From an uncultured Acidobacteriota bacterium (lineage in GTDB: Bacteria; Acidobacteriota; UBA6911), in the NCBI GenBank assembly GCA_963809485.1, contig CAWEJX010000015.1:128001-192000 (forward strand): 64,000 nucleotides of DNA, in the 5' to 3' direction. Positions 62,128-64,000 of this stretch are shown piece after piece. A model generated the notes under the pieces. That model saw only the letters and a list, made by a program, of their open reading frames with translations. It was not told the origin of the DNA and searched no databases. A program made the translations under genes and the position numbers. The first letter of the stretch is position 1, and each line of letters begins with the position of its first letter.

Positions 62128-63168
62128 ATGATTGATCGGCCGAAAGTCTCCGTCATTATCCCATGCTTCAACATGGGCCAATACATCGACGAGGCGGTTG
62201 ACAGCGTGTTCGCACAAACAATGCAGGATTTCGAGATTGTCATCGTTGACGACGGTTCGACGGATCATGCAACCATTCAACTGCTGTCAACCTATTGCCG
62301 TCCGAACACGCGAGTCGTGGTCACTAAGAATCAGGGAGTGGCTGCCGCGCGAAATCATGCCATCGAGCATGCAAACGGAAAATATCTATGTGCGCTGGAT
62401 TCTGACGACAAGCTGCATCCCACCTACCTCGAGGGCGCAACTTCGCTGCTGGATAGCGATCCTGCCCTGACATTTGTTTCCTCCTGGGTTCAGATGTTCG
62501 GCGCATCGGATGCCCTATGGAGGCAGGATTCCTGCGACCTCCCGGCATTGCTCTCGGAGTGCACGGTTATGACAGCCGCGCTGGTGCGCGCCGACGCCGT
62601 GCGCTCTGTTGGCGGATACGACACTCGGATGCCGGACCAGGGCGACGAGGATTGGGATTTGTGGATCAGCCTGGTCGAGCGCGGTTATCGCGGAACAATC
62701 ATTCCGGAGGTTCTCTTTTACTATCGACGCCGGCCGGGATCCATGTGCGAAGTGTGCACCACGGGAGAAACCCATCTCCGCCTGGTGCGACACATCATGG
62801 AGAAACATCGGGAAAGCTATCAGAAGCACCTTACAGCCGTCCTCAATCGCAAACAAGCCGATATCGGCGGACTGCTGCATGAAAATTACGTGCTTGAGCG
62901 ACACCTTAACGATCTTTTGCAGCCGATTGTGGAGTCGCGCAGAAAGGAAGTTGAGCGTTTACAGGCGAAGCTTGACCGGTTTGAGAAACGGCCAAAGACT
63001 GAGGCGCATGAATCTCTTGAAACAGTAAAGCGCCAGCTCGAAGAAAAAAAGGCAGAACTGCTATCGAAACAAGCGGAGGTACACGCATTGCGAGCCTCAG
63101 GAAGCTGGCGTATCACCGCGCCAATACGCGCCGCCTACGATGTATGGCTAAAGATAAAGAGCTTATAG
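62128..63168 (+). CDS. GT2 glycosyltransferase with C-terminal coiled coil
   Basis: VSVIIPCFN, VDDGSTD, ARN, LDSDD, EDWDLW; coiled coil ending S.SWRITAP.R. Confidence 0.92.
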   Translation: MIDRPKVSVIIPCFNMGQYIDEAVDSVFAQTMQDFEIVIVDDGSTDHATIQLLSTYCRPNTRVVVTKNQGVAAARNHAIEHANGKYLCALDSDDKLHPTYLEGATSLLDSDPALTFVSSWVQMFGASDALWRQDSCDLPALLSECTVMTAALVRADAVRSVGGYDTRMPDQGDEDWDLWISLVERGYRGTIIPEVLFYYRRRPGSMCEVCTTGETHLRLVRHIMEKHRESYQKHLTAVLNRKQADIGGLLHENYVLERHLNDLLQPIVESRRKEVERLQAKLDRFEKRPKTEAHESLETVKRQLEEKKAELLSKQAEVHALRASGSWRITAPIRAAYDVWLKIKSL

Positions 63169-63182
63169 GTTATGGAGAACGG

Positions 63183-64000
63183 ATGACAGAAATTGCAGTC
63201 ATTGTTTCATGCTATAACCAAGGCAGGACCATCGAGGAGGCGGTCGACAGTGCCCTATCCCAAACGCGTATTCCCGCGGAAGTTATACTCATTGACGACG
63301 GCTCTACCGACATCCTGACAATACAGAAAATCGCTGCTCTCCCGCGTCCGGGTCTGAGAGTAGTCCGTATTGAAAATCGGGGCACCGCAGGCGCCCGCAA
63401 TTATGGGGCACGCTTGACGTCCTCCGACTATCTGGTTTTCTTAGACGGAGACGATATCCTCGAGAGGACATACTTTGAAAAGGCAGGGGCTCTGCTTGAT
63501 GCCCGGCCGGAGTTGGGAGTGATTGCATGTACTCTCCAGGCTTTTGAAGGCGCGGACTATATTTGGACGCCTCCCCCCTTCAATTTTGTTGATGGTTTTG
63601 CCAGGGGAACTCCGCCCGTCACCTCTATGATTCGTCGCACCGTCTTCGATAGCGTCGGCGGCTTTGACGAAAGTTTCGGTTTATTTGAGACGCTCGACTT
63701 CTGGCTCTCGGTCCTTGAACAGGGACACAAGGCAGAGATCATTGCCGAGCCGATGCTGAAATATCGGGTTCGAACATTCTCCAATTACCACAAAATTATA
63801 CAGCCCGAAACATGGATTGAGCGAAGAAACGTCCTTCTGGCCAAACACCGCAAGGCAGTGGAGCAGCACGGCCTGGACATACTTTATGCGGCCGAGACAT
63901 TCATTTTGGAGCAACGAGGGCATCATCGGTCTCTCGAAGAAAAGAAAGCATCCCTGGAGCGGGAGATTGAGGATCTGAATTCACGGATCAAACAGCTTTC
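63183..64000 (+). CDS. GT2 glycosyltransferase, runs off the window (absent from ORF track)
   Basis: GGAG RBS; MTEIAVIVSCYNQG..IDDGSTD..ARNYG..LDGDD..GGFDES. Confidence 0.88.
   Translation, partial: MTEIAVIVSCYNQGRTIEEAVDSALSQTRIPAEVILIDDGSTDILTIQKIAALPRPGLRVVRIENRGTAGARNYGARLTSSDYLVFLDGDDILERTYFEKAGALLDARPELGVIACTLQAFEGADYIWTPPPFNFVDGFARGTPPVTSMIRRTVFDSVGGFDESFGLFETLDFWLSVLEQGHKAEIIAEPMLKYRVRTFSNYHKIIQPETWIERRNVLLAKHRKAVEQHGLDILYAAETFILEQRGHHRSLEEKKASLEREIEDLNSRIKQL

Overview
Cell-surface biogenesis region of a diderm bacterium; Acidobacteriota-like by gene style, which is an inference only. Left (1-11.3 kb, minus): an operon for an unusual CDP-3,6-dideoxy, possibly branched-chain sugar (rfbF, rfbG, rfbH, SDR, NeuB-SAF-cupin fusion, YerE/ALS-like ThDP enzyme, radical SAM), followed by a GtrB-like GT2 and a GT-C-like membrane protein. 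This stretch has many single-base indels that look like sequencing errors. About 13 polytopic GT-C-like glycosyltransferase genes are spread over the window, nine of them consecutive (22.7-36.5 kb) and ending at a Flp/Tad pilus operon (flp, cpaB, cpaC, cpaE, cpaF, tadB, tadC, DUF192) that lacks tadV/E/G. Three candidate polyprenol-phosphate sugar synthases, glf, two paralogous wHTH-AAA+ ATPases flanking the array and Tad operon, two signalling pairs and a sigma54-preceded pilV-pilW-fimT-pilX cassette are also present. Smaller items are a vapBC pair with a mutated catalytic Asp, a group II intron RT remnant, a REP-like 100-bp palindrome, two small membrane proteins and a secreted 33-aa-repeat protein. 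The best candidate for an undescribed system is a multi-GT-C extracytoplasmic glycosylation platform linked to the Tad pilus.
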